Virus record (IMG/VR): IMGVR_UViG_3300044731_002410
Source: an uncultured virus (IMG/VR IMGVR_UViG_3300044731_002410)
Taxonomy: Duplodnaviria > Heunggongvirae > Uroviricota > Caudoviricetes
Direction: 5' to 3' (one strand)
DNA length: 64,000 nt
The position numbers were made by a program, and so were the translations under genes. Under the pieces are notes generated by a model, which worked only from the letters and a program-made list of their open reading frames with translations, was not told the origin of the DNA and did not search any database. This document shows, piece by piece, positions 20,118 through 28,547 of the stretch. How positions within the stretch are numbered: the first letter of the stretch is position 1; the number at the start of each line of letters is the position of its first letter.

Positions 20118-21272
20118 GTGGATCGAGTGAGTGAACAAGGCGGCTATTTGGCCAATCGTGGTCGTCGTCAATTGCTTAAAGCTGGACCAACTTCGTTAGC
20201 AGCGGCAGCGGCTGGCGGTTTACTCGGTGCGCGTGTAGCCACTGCGCAGCCGCTTGGTAACACCATTCCCCAAGTTGATCGACTTGCGGTTCGTGTCGTA
20301 ACCGATTCATATCACCATGCGTTTGAGCGCCCTCTCAAGATTGGAAGCCTTGAAGTCCAACGTGCTGGCTTTACTGTCAAGCCGAATGAGCCTCCGAAGC
20401 GTGCCCTTCAAAATGAATGGGGCCTTGCCTTGCATTTGGAATCGACCGCGGGCGGTCAGAGTCGACAAGTTCTCATTGATTTCGCATGGACATCGGAAAC
20501 CCTGATCAATAACATGCTGATTCTTGGCATTGATCCTTCAAAGCTCGATGCCATAGCGCTTAGCCACGGCCACTACGATCACTTCGGTGGCATGGTTGGC
20601 TTTTTAGAGGCAAATAAGGGAAAGCTCAAGAAGGATCTTCCCTTCTATCTGGGTAGTGAGGAGTGTTTTTGCTCTCGAGAATTAAACGTTCCAGGTAACC
20701 CGGGTAGCTTTGGCGCCCTAGACCGTGAAGCTATCAAGCAAGCGGGACTTGTTGTCACGTTCGCTGAACGCCCATCGCTTTTAGCTGATCACGGATTTAC
20801 CACAGGATTCATTGCTGCAGATTCCTTTGAGCGTGTGCTTTCTCCGACGCGCATGTCAGCGGGTATGCAAGGCGCGCTGGGATGCATGCCAGAGGGGCTA
20901 TCGGAGAAGAAGCGAACAGCGATGAATGTGCCCGATGACTTTGAGCATGAGCAAGCCACCGTCTATCACGTTAAAGGTAAAGGCCTAGTGATCATGACCT
21001 CTTGCGGACATCGAGGGATTGTCAACTCTGTAAAGACAGCCATTAAGGTCTCAAAGATCGATAAAATCCACGCAATCATGGGTGGTTTTCACTTAGCCCC
21101 GCACACACCCGAGTACCAAAAGCAGACGCTGGAAGAGTTACAGCAATTTAATGCCGACTTTCTGATTCCGATGCACTGTAGCGGTGAAACGTTTATCACG
21201 ATGGCAGCTAACGCATTGGGGCCACGTGCGATCCGTTCCTCAACAGGTACTCGCTTCATCTTTTCTGCTTAA
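20118..21272 (+). CDS. Tat-exported MBL-fold metallo-hydrolase (COG1237-like), cargo gene
   Basis: GRRQLLK twin-arginine signal; SHGHYDHFGG, SCGH, GGFHL, PMHCSG. Confidence 0.85.
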   Translation: MDRVSEQGGYLANRGRRQLLKAGPTSLAAAAAGGLLGARVATAQPLGNTIPQVDRLAVRVVTDSYHHAFERPLKIGSLEVQRAGFTVKPNEPPKRALQNEWGLALHLESTAGGQSRQVLIDFAWTSETLINNMLILGIDPSKLDAIALSHGHYDHFGGMVGFLEANKGKLKKDLPFYLGSEECFCSRELNVPGNPGSFGALDREAIKQAGLVVTFAERPSLLADHGFTTGFIAADSFERVLSPTRMSAGMQGALGCMPEGLSEKKRTAMNVPDDFEHEQATVYHVKGKGLVIMTSCGHRGIVNSVKTAIKVSKIDKIHAIMGGFHLAPHTPEYQKQTLEELQQFNADFLIPMHCSGETFITMAANALGPRAIRSSTGTRFIFSA

Positions 21273-21284
21273 GCGCTAGAGTTT

Positions 21285-21309
21285 GTGCAGCGGTTTAAAC
21301 CCGCTGCAC
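21285..21309. terminator. Hairpin between convergent genes
   Basis: gtgcagcgg-tttaaac-ccgctgcac, 9-bp perfect stem; no clear U-tract. Confidence 0.45.
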
Positions 21310-22679
21310 TACAACCCCAGCCTTCTCTTCACCTCAGCCTCGGTAATTCCGTATTTCTTAGCTGTGGCAGCGATATCTTCTGCTGTAACGTTATCCAACT
21401 TAGCACCGGGTGATGCACCGCTTTTCACCTGATCGGGAAAGAGATAGCGCATGGCTGCATCGGTTGCCTCTTGCGCCCGTTGCGCGTTACCCATGTTGGC
21501 TGCAAGTGCCTTACCGAAAATATCGGCTCGAATGCGCTCAGGCGACTCGGTCTTAAGGGTTGTCGCCATACGCAAGCCTTCTGCCATATCTTTGGCAAGC
21601 CCCGCGCGAATATAGGCCGCAGCTAAGCGTACTTCGGCCGGTTGATCCTTGCCTGCATCAGGCGTTACGGGAATCACACCGCGTTTGACCGCATCAAGTT
21701 CAGCCGGTGTTGCGGTCGGATTCTTTTCTAGATAGTAAAGCGATGCGGCATCTTGTTTGCGCTTGGCATCTGCCCGATCCTCTTCTTCAAAACGCAGGCG
21801 TTTGCCTGCTCGCTGATCGGCGTTACGGTTGATCACAGCGTTTTGCTCTTTAGCTTGCGCATCATTGGCTGAGGTCACAAGTCGCCCGGTTTGCGTGTTG
21901 CTTCGAGTTATGAGATCTGCGATCTCCTTATCCACCGAACTCACAAGCGCCATCGACTCCGCACCAAGGCCAGCATCAGCCATGCGCTTTGCTGCGACGA
22001 GTTGTCTTGCCTGGGACTCGGTAAGCTCAATGGCTTTGCCAGGCTTGCCTTGATGGTCGGTTGTTAGAAACTGAAAGCCGTTTGTAGTCTTTCCGGTAAA
22101 AAGTAACGGTATCTGACTCTGGTTGGTGTTCAGCAGCGCTGCTTGTGCCATCACTTGATCGGTAGGTAAACGCGCTGCCTCATCCAAATAGCTTTGTTGC
22201 TTAATGCCTCGTGTTTCGCCTTCAAGTGTGCGCAGGGCATTGACATCACGGTTAAGAATCGCTGCATCAATCAAACGACGATTGAGCCCGAGCCTGTAGT
22301 CCGATGAGCCCGCATCGACTGCTTTTCTTACGGTGAGCGCAGCTTCGTTACTGGCTGCCGACCCACCTAGTGAAGGTGGTAGGGGTTGACCATTAAGCAC
22401 TGCGGTATTTGCTGCTTCAAAGTCAGCATCAAGTGCAGCGTTGGTTGCTCCTCGATCAATCCCTTGGGTGTAGTCACGAATGCCAGATAAGACGGTTGAG
22501 AGATCGCCTTGACGCTTCGCTTCACTTCGCGCCTGGTCGAGTTGAAGCTGCAAGCCTTCTCGCTGCATTGCCCAGCGTTCATCCTCACGCTTGCGTTGTG
22601 CTTCGCGCTCAGCTTGAGCAAGTGCTTGGTTATAGGCGCCCTGACCAAAGGCAAAGCCTGATTGAAACGCTGCCATCAC
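21309..22679 (-). CDS. Phage internal virion/ejection protein
   Basis: Ala/Gln-rich helical ORF in the ejection-gene position. Confidence 0.6.
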   Translation of the reverse strand: MMAAFQSGFAFGQGAYNQALAQAEREAQRKREDERWAMQREGLQLQLDQARSEAKRQGDLSTVLSGIRDYTQGIDRGATNAALDADFEAANTAVLNGQPLPPSLGGSAASNEAALTVRKAVDAGSSDYRLGLNRRLIDAAILNRDVNALRTLEGETRGIKQQSYLDEAARLPTDQVMAQAALLNTNQSQIPLLFTGKTTNGFQFLTTDHQGKPGKAIELTESQARQLVAAKRMADAGLGAESMALVSSVDKEIADLITRSNTQTGRLVTSANDAQAKEQNAVINRNADQRAGKRLRFEEEDRADAKRKQDAASLYYLEKNPTATPAELDAVKRGVIPVTPDAGKDQPAEVRLAAAYIRAGLAKDMAEGLRMATTLKTESPERIRADIFGKALAANMGNAQRAQEATDAAMRYLFPDQVKSGASPGAKLDNVTAEDIAATAKKYGITEAEVKRRLGL

Positions 22680-22693
22680 CTTATACCCATGAT

Positions 22694-23515
22694 CTATCGT
22701 CTCGGCGGCATGAGGCTTCCCAAGGCCCAGCTCGTTCCAACGCCTGCTGCAGCGCCAAGGATCGTATTTAATGGATTACTCGATGCAGCGATTTGGTCTT
22801 GAGCACTTTTAAATTGCGCTTGAGCGTTAAACATCCCCGTGGCATTCGCACCCATGCGCCCAGCAACATCCGAGGCCATGCCATAGCCTGCATTCATCCC
22901 TGAAGCACCCGCATTGGCAATGTTCACCCCATTGGCTGCAAAGCCTGCCCCAGCCCCCGTTGCAGCCATCCCCATGGCGGGGTAGCCCGCAAGTGCATTG
23001 GTTGCTCGATCGGTTAATGCATAGCCTTCTTGTCTGGCACTTCGTCTTGCCATGTTCTTTGAACCCGCTAAAAGTGCAGCAGCACCAAGCGTTGCCCGTG
23101 GATCATTGGCTTGGTTGGTAAAGGGCGATATGCCACGCCTTGCCTGCATGCGCGCGGTTTGATCTTGAGCAAGCGAAATCGCCGACTGCGCATCGGCGCC
23201 TGCTTCAGCTGCAAATTGATCCGCGCGCTGCTTGGCATTAAAGCCTGTTGCATCGGACACCAATTGATCCTGAGCGTTCGATAACAGATTGCGCCTTGTG
23301 AGCATCCAGCTGCGATCAGCTTGCGAGTCCGTGACCGCTTGTCTTGCCGTATCAAGTGCAAACTGGGTTTGCTCTTTTTGTAGCGGTAGCATCTCATTGG
23401 CGTTTGCCATGATTTGCTTAATCACATCGTCTTGGACACCCATGGAGCGCAATTGCGCATCAATGAGGCGTGGATCGGGCGGTGGTGCTGACGATGAGCT
23501 CTTAGATCCCATCAC
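22694..23515 (-). CDS. Phage DNA ejection protein
   Basis: MGSKSSSSAPPPDP start, Gly/Ala-rich with hydrophobic C-terminus, typical of podovirus ejection proteins. Confidence 0.65.
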   Translation of the reverse strand: MMGSKSSSSAPPPDPRLIDAQLRSMGVQDDVIKQIMANANEMLPLQKEQTQFALDTARQAVTDSQADRSWMLTRRNLLSNAQDQLVSDATGFNAKQRADQFAAEAGADAQSAISLAQDQTARMQARRGISPFTNQANDPRATLGAAALLAGSKNMARRSARQEGYALTDRATNALAGYPAMGMAATGAGAGFAANGVNIANAGASGMNAGYGMASDVAGRMGANATGMFNAQAQFKSAQDQIAASSNPLNTILGAAAGVGTSWALGSLMPPRR

Positions 23516-23939
23516 TCACCTCGCTTCCAATAAATCGGCAGTCACGCTTCCAAAGTACATACAGCACAACATCACCGCCATCGGCTGCAGCACCTTGAAG
23601 TCTTGCCTCTTCGCGAAAGCCTAAATGTTCATTAAAGCGTCGTGCCTCGAGATTCGATGCATCCACATAGCCAGAAACCCGTTCGACGCCACAGATCAAA
23701 AAGGCATAGGCAAAGACAGCAAGTAGGTAATCTCGGTGGAGCCAACGCCTGCCAGGTCTTGCAGCCACATGCATCCAAAGGTTCTTACCGTTATAGCCTT
23801 CAAAAAGCACGCCTGCCACGAGCTCGCCATCGCGTGTAAGTCCTAGGGCAATCATGTCTTCAGCAAGCTTTAAGCCTGGCAGATAGCTACGCATAAAGGC
23901 AGCAACGCGCGTGAGCGAAAAGTCAAAAGCATGGGTCAT
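23502..23939 (-). CDS. Phage virion-associated GNAT-fold protein
   Basis: VFAYAF..CGVERVSG...NEHLGFREEARL; located before ejection genes. Confidence 0.75.
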   Translation of the reverse strand: MTHAFDFSLTRVAAFMRSYLPGLKLAEDMIALGLTRDGELVAGVLFEGYNGKNLWMHVAARPGRRWLHRDYLLAVFAYAFLICGVERVSGYVDASNLEARRFNEHLGFREEARLQGAAADGGDVVLYVLWKRDCRFIGSEVSDGI

Positions 23940-23949
23940 TCGCTCACAT

Positions 23950-23961
23950 TGCCATGCTTGG
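23950..23961 (-). promoter_or_regulatory. 12-bp motif copy 2
   Basis: Exact tgccatgcttgg 10 bp upstream of the GNAT gene. Confidence 0.7.
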
Positions 23962-23995
23962 GGTAAGGTAGCAGTGCTAAACCTAAGGCCTGACC

Positions 23996-24298
23996 ATGCA
24001 AATTACTGTTGAGCAATCCGCGACGCTGACATGTGCGACAAGTGGCTCACAGCTGCGTGCAGTCGTGCAACAAAAACTTCGCGCCTTTGAAGACGAGGTC
24101 CAGTTTGTTGTTGTGTCTGTTTTCAAGTCGACCTCGGCAACATCCAATGCGAGCTTTGAGGTCACCTGTCGCATCGGGACACGTTCGGGCTTTGCAACCG
24201 GAACCTTTCATGGCAAAGGGGCAAGTGCTGTGTTTGCGCTTGAAGAAGCGCTTCGTGATGTTATAGAGCGCCTTAAGCGCCAGCCCAAAGAGCCCTAG
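23996..24298 (+). CDS. HPF/RaiA-like small protein, paralog 1
   Basis: 100 aa; MQITV...LRAVVQQKLRAF..V..V.V...FEVTCRI...A..ALEEAL..V..RLKR fits the HPF secondary-structure pattern. Confidence 0.55.
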   Translation: MQITVEQSATLTCATSGSQLRAVVQQKLRAFEDEVQFVVVSVFKSTSATSNASFEVTCRIGTRSGFATGTFHGKGASAVFALEEALRDVIERLKRQPKEP

Positions 24299-24303
24299 GT
24301 GGT

Positions 24304-24443
24304 GGGGTGCACCGAGAGACTACGAAGACCCTCGGTGCGGTGGAAAGTAAGGCAGATTCCGTGCTTTCCGTCACGGCAAAGGAGGTGCCTGCTTAAGACG
24401 ATGCACCAGCAAGCACGAAGTGGTCAGGATTAGCATCTGCCAG
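24304..24443 (+). ncRNA. Candidate structured RNA element, copy 1
   Basis: Stem GCACCGAG/CTCGGTGC, 37-mer 24341-24377, AGGAGG, distal CATCTGCCAG. Confidence 0.55.
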
Positions 24444-24680
24444 CGTACCGCCAACTCGTTACGTTTGGTGCCCTCGAAGTGTGTCTCAGGTACGCTCGGT
24501 TTGGTACTGTCCATGCAAAAAATACGGTCTTTCCTCAGCGCGACGTCTCGATCGGGATAAAAGCTTTTGCTTCTCCCAAGCACTGCACAGTTGCTGGGAT
24601 GGTAATTGGCAACTTCCTCTTAAAACACATCAAGACCAACGCGGTTGGTCAATGTCAAAGTCAAATGCACAGCGCTTTTC

Positions 24681-24983
24681 ATGCAAATCATCATTCAGTT
24701 CAATACCGATTTGTCAGAGAAAGCTGATGGACAACAATTACGAAGAATTGTTCAACGGCGGCTTTTCAAGTTCAAATCCAAGATCAAGCTGACTCAGATC
24801 AACCTTGAAACGCCTCCAAAACCCTTAGTCTCGGCTCGCTTCCAGGCAAGCTGCCTGATAGTTACCCCATACGATCATCAGCTTGGGCCTTATTTAGCAT
24901 TCGGTGATGCCGCAGAGCGTGTAGTCCTTGATTCACTCGAAGCAACAGTAAATGCACTTGGCTGGCAATTCTTTAATACCTAG
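24681..24983 (+). CDS. HPF/RaiA-like small protein, paralog 2
   Basis: 100 aa from ATG 24681; MQIII...QLRRIVQRRLFKF..KI....I.L...FQASCLI aligns by eye with paralog 1. Confidence 0.55.
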   Translation: MQIIIQFNTDLSEKADGQQLRRIVQRRLFKFKSKIKLTQINLETPPKPLVSARFQASCLIVTPYDHQLGPYLAFGDAAERVVLDSLEATVNALGWQFFNT

Positions 24984-24985
24984 AA

Positions 24986-25131
24986 GGGGCGCGCAGCGAG
25001 CACTCTTACGCCCGCTGCGCCTTGGAAAGTAAGGCAGATTCCGTGCTTTCCGTCACGGCCTACAGGAGATGCAGAACGCTTCAAGGCCCCCACTCGGTCC
25101 TGCAAAACCAGCGCACGCTCACATCTGCCAG
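24986..25131 (+). ncRNA. Candidate structured RNA element, copy 2
   Basis: Stem GCGCAGCG/CGCTGCGC, identical 37-mer 25023-25059, AGGAGA, distal CATCTGCCAG. Confidence 0.55.
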
Positions 25132-25402
25132 GCTAGTGAACCGGCAAGTACATGGAGAGGGGTGTCTACAACATCCGCACCGGCATTTCACACAGTACAA
25201 GTATGCTTACGGCGATTTGTCATCGACTCGATAACGTTTAATCGAATGCCATCAGTCTGGGTGAGCGTCGGGCTTAGTCTCACACCGGCGCCCTACCTCA
25301 TGAGCAAACGCTCCAAGGGCAATCAGACGATCACTCGAATCAAGCCAAACCGCCTGCCGGTGATAAGCTCCCGCAACGTTACCACTATCAGGGGATAAAT
25401 GA

Positions 25403-25651
25403 ATGCTCCAGCTTCGGCCCAATTGTGAGTGTTGCGATAAAGATCTGCCACCTGAAACCACCGATGCCCGGATCTGTTCCTTTGAATGCACATTTTGCGC
25501 TGATTGCGCTCAAGCGGTGTTGCAACACCGCTGTCCTAATTGTGGCGGTGAACTTGTAGCGAGGCCTCGCAGACCCGCAGATAAGCTTGCTAAATATCCC
25601 GCATCGATCGATAGGAAGCTTAAACAGCAGGGTTGCCAAAAAATTGCCTAG
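25403..25651 (+). CDS. DUF1272 Cys-rich protein
   Basis: MLQLRPNCECCDKDLPP...ICSFECTFCADC...CPNCGGELV.RP.R. Confidence 0.88.
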   Translation: MLQLRPNCECCDKDLPPETTDARICSFECTFCADCAQAVLQHRCPNCGGELVARPRRPADKLAKYPASIDRKLKQQGCQKIA

Positions 25652-25669
25652 CCCTCAATGGGTTAACTC

Positions 25670-25834
25670 TTGAACGATTCCAACCCTTCTAACCAAACGC
25701 CAAATGATGCCAAGCTCATTCGCGAAGCCAAAAAGAGACGCCGCAGGCGCAACTTTTTGATCTATCTTGGATTCGAATTCGTAGTGCTTATCATCGTGAT
25801 TTGGGATGACATCGCACGCTCGCTAGGTCGATAA
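25670..25834 (+). CDS. Small single-TM membrane protein (54 aa, below ORF-track cutoff)
   Basis: TTG start; AKKRRRRR followed by NFLIYLGFEFVVLIIVIW. Confidence 0.45.
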   Translation: MNDSNPSNQTPNDAKLIREAKKRRRRRNFLIYLGFEFVVLIIVIWDDIARSLGR

Positions 25835-26317
25835 CGCCTCGCCACCTGGTTGCACTGGCCAAACTACCGCATAAGGATCACCCTGCATCGGTACATCACG
25901 AAGTGCTTGCCTGTATTGCTGCCAGGCGTTGAATCGCTCAACCCCTAATCGGTCGATGGCAGACATCGTATCGGTCCAGTCTGAGCTTTTAAGCTTTTCA
26001 TCGCGCACCTGGCGCACCATCCACCAAGCAAGCGCTTCATCCTGCACCCAAGCCTTTTGCCCATAATCAAACCGCATCATGGGACCTGGCGCATCGCCTT
26101 TATCGATCACCTCACCGTCTTGCACATAGGACGAAAAGGCAACGATGGGCCGATCGCAGTCAAGTCTTAGAAGGCCCGCAGGCGTTGGTTGATCCTCACA
26201 CTGCGCACTTGTGCCCACAAAGGCAAAGCGAATACATCCCTGATCATCATAAAAAACAACACTTTGGGGTTGCTGCGATCTTTCTTTGGTCGTTACGTCA
26301 TTCATAGCATCGCTCAT
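25823..26317 (-). CDS. Tail fibre assembly chaperone
   Basis: RDEKLKSSDWT...AWQQYRQALRDVP...VVWP; ATGA overlap with the upstream gene. Confidence 0.8.
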   Translation of the reverse strand: MSDAMNDVTTKERSQQPQSVVFYDDQGCIRFAFVGTSAQCEDQPTPAGLLRLDCDRPIVAFSSYVQDGEVIDKGDAPGPMMRFDYGQKAWVQDEALAWWMVRQVRDEKLKSSDWTDTMSAIDRLGVERFNAWQQYRQALRDVPMQGDPYAVVWPVQPGGEALST

Positions 26318-28533
26318 CGCATCGCTCCTATGGCAAGCAAGATGATGTCGTAGTATGCGCCGTTGGCCGCACCCCCTGCGAAGGTAATCGGGGTGTTGGC
26401 GGGCGGCGTGAAGTGCGCCACGCACACCAGTTGCTGACTAGTATTGGGGTTATAACTTGCCAGCCGGTAGAGCCAGGTAAATTGGCCATTAAGCGAATAG
26501 CCAATCCCTGCGTCTGTTAACGGCAACGGACCAATAACACCTGATGACCACTTCATGGCCATCCATAGCATCACAGGGGATGACACCGGTAAATTCATAT
26601 CAAGGCTTGTAAAGACCACCTGCGTGCCAGAGGCCATCACGGGAATCGTGACTGCATTACCCTTGATGCGAAGCGTATCAATGGCAGCATCGGCAATCTT
26701 GGCCGTTGTAATACTCGCCTGACCAATCCTTGCTGCATCAAGTGTTCCCGAGCCAATCACCGCAGCACTTAGGTTTGCAATCTTGGCATCAAGCGAACCC
26801 GCTGAGATCCGATCGGCACTGAGGGTGCCTGCATTGATCTTATCGGCACTAAGGCTTGCGATCTTCGCATTATCAATGGCAGCATCAGCGATTTTTGCAT
26901 TGGTGATCGTGCCGTTCTTAATATAGCTACTCTCGATATAAACACCAGCAGGAACCGAAACGCCATTAATGGTCTGCGCGCTGGTTGTTACGCTAAAAGG
27001 AACGATGGGGGGAAGCGCTGGTCCGTCTGGATTGGCAATTGAGAAGCGATCGGCGCGAACAATAAAGTCTGAAACCGTTGCCCCATTCACTTCCGTTGAT
27101 GCAAGCCCAAAGCCTGCCACATACCCATTGGCATCGATCTTAACGGTGTACTGACCCTTAAGACCTGTGATGCTTGAGGCAGAAGCCGATAACGATTGCT
27201 CAACCGTAACGCCACTGCCCCCTGCAGTATTAAGCCTTGCCGTGACTGCGCTGTAGTCCTGTGCTGCTGCAGCAGCCGCGTTTGCAGCATGGGTTGCAGA
27301 AACCGATGCTTGATTTTTATAGCTAGATGCGTTGGCTTCACTCGTTGAGGCTTGCGTTGCTGCATTGTTTGCACTGATCGCCGATTGCCCAGCTTCTGTC
27401 GCTTTGGTGCTTGCACTACTTGCCGATGTAGCTGCAGCGCTTGCAGAAAGCGCTGCGTTATCGCGTGCTGATTGGGACGCGACCTTGGCAGCGTTGGCAG
27501 CAGTCGATGCCACTTCGGCACTCGTGGCATAACTTGAAGCATTCGAGGCTGCGCTTGCTGCCGCGTTAGCTGAGCCCCCAGCATTACTTGCCGCTTGGGA
27601 AGCAGTCGTTGCACTTATTGCTGCTTGGGAGGCAGCGCCTTCAGCGCTTGTTGCAGATTGAGAAGCGGCTGTCGCTGAGGTTGATGCACTGCCTGCTGCA
27701 CTTTGTGCGTTTGTGTTGGCAAGTTCAGCAGCGTCTTTAGCCGTTTGAGCACCGCTTGCAGCTAAAAGTGAAGCGGTTTTTGCTGCAATGGCATCAGCAG
27801 CACTGGCACTTGCAAGCGCCGCGTTGGTGGCTGATGCGGTGGTATCGCCATAGGTCGCAAGCAACCCATTCACACGCGTAACAAGCCCTGAGGTTGGATC
27901 ATCAATCAAATCAATGCGTTGGCCTAGACTTTGAAACAACTCAGTTTCTGTAATCGAGCCTTGCAGCACTTCAAGTAACGCTTGAACATCTTCACCCGTG
28001 CGCGCTTGAAGCCCGTTCGTGCTCCCTGCTGGTTGCGACTGCACCCCATCAACACTTTCCCATGTGATCCAAAGCCGCCAGGTCGTTGCCGGGTTCGAAG
28101 CAAGTGCAAAGACAGCACCCGAAAATTGAGAAAGCTCTTTGGCTTGCGCAAAACTCGGCAAAGGGTCATTGTCATGGACGGCAATGCCAAAAAGATGGGT
28201 GCGCAAATGCCCATGACCTTGGGTGTAGGTTGGAAGGTGATGCTCAACCAACACATGGCTTATGGCAGCACTTACCTTAAAGCCAGTCGGTATAGGTGGT
28301 GGTGAGCGATCTAGGGGTTCTTGGGTGGGTTTTAATTCAATGGGGGGACTATCTTTGGCTGACCACTGAAAACCTTTTTTAAGCGTCACAATCCCTGCAT
28401 CAACAAGATCACGAATCGTAAGTCCCCGATCAAGCGGATCGCCTTGCCTTCCCAAATAAGTCATCAACGTCTCACGCACACGCTGCGAAAAATTAGGTGC
28501 TGTGGTTGCGGGCAAATCCGTACGTTGATTCAT
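26314..28533 (-). CDS. Tail fibre / tip protein (Ala-Ser coiled region, DUF1983-like)
   Basis: QYTVKIDANGYVAGFGL..FIVRADRFSI and ITNAKIADAAI repeats. Confidence 0.8.
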   Translation of the reverse strand: MNQRTDLPATTAPNFSQRVRETLMTYLGRQGDPLDRGLTIRDLVDAGIVTLKKGFQWSAKDSPPIELKPTQEPLDRSPPPIPTGFKVSAAISHVLVEHHLPTYTQGHGHLRTHLFGIAVHDNDPLPSFAQAKELSQFSGAVFALASNPATTWRLWITWESVDGVQSQPAGSTNGLQARTGEDVQALLEVLQGSITETELFQSLGQRIDLIDDPTSGLVTRVNGLLATYGDTTASATNAALASASAADAIAAKTASLLAASGAQTAKDAAELANTNAQSAAGSASTSATAASQSATSAEGAASQAAISATTASQAASNAGGSANAAASAASNASSYATSAEVASTAANAAKVASQSARDNAALSASAAATSASSASTKATEAGQSAISANNAATQASTSEANASSYKNQASVSATHAANAAAAAAQDYSAVTARLNTAGGSGVTVEQSLSASASSITGLKGQYTVKIDANGYVAGFGLASTEVNGATVSDFIVRADRFSIANPDGPALPPIVPFSVTTSAQTINGVSVPAGVYIESSYIKNGTITNAKIADAAIDNAKIASLSADKINAGTLSADRISAGSLDAKIANLSAAVIGSGTLDAARIGQASITTAKIADAAIDTLRIKGNAVTIPVMASGTQVVFTSLDMNLPVSSPVMLWMAMKWSSGVIGPLPLTDAGIGYSLNGQFTWLYRLASYNPNTSQQLVCVAHFTPPANTPITFAGGAANGAYYDIILLAIGAMR

Positions 28534-28547
28534 AGGTCGGTACCTTG

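Noticed and set aside
24341..25059. 37-bp repeats as a CRISPR array or insertion target duplication
   Set aside because: Only two copies 682 bp apart, with covarying flanking stems and no transposase
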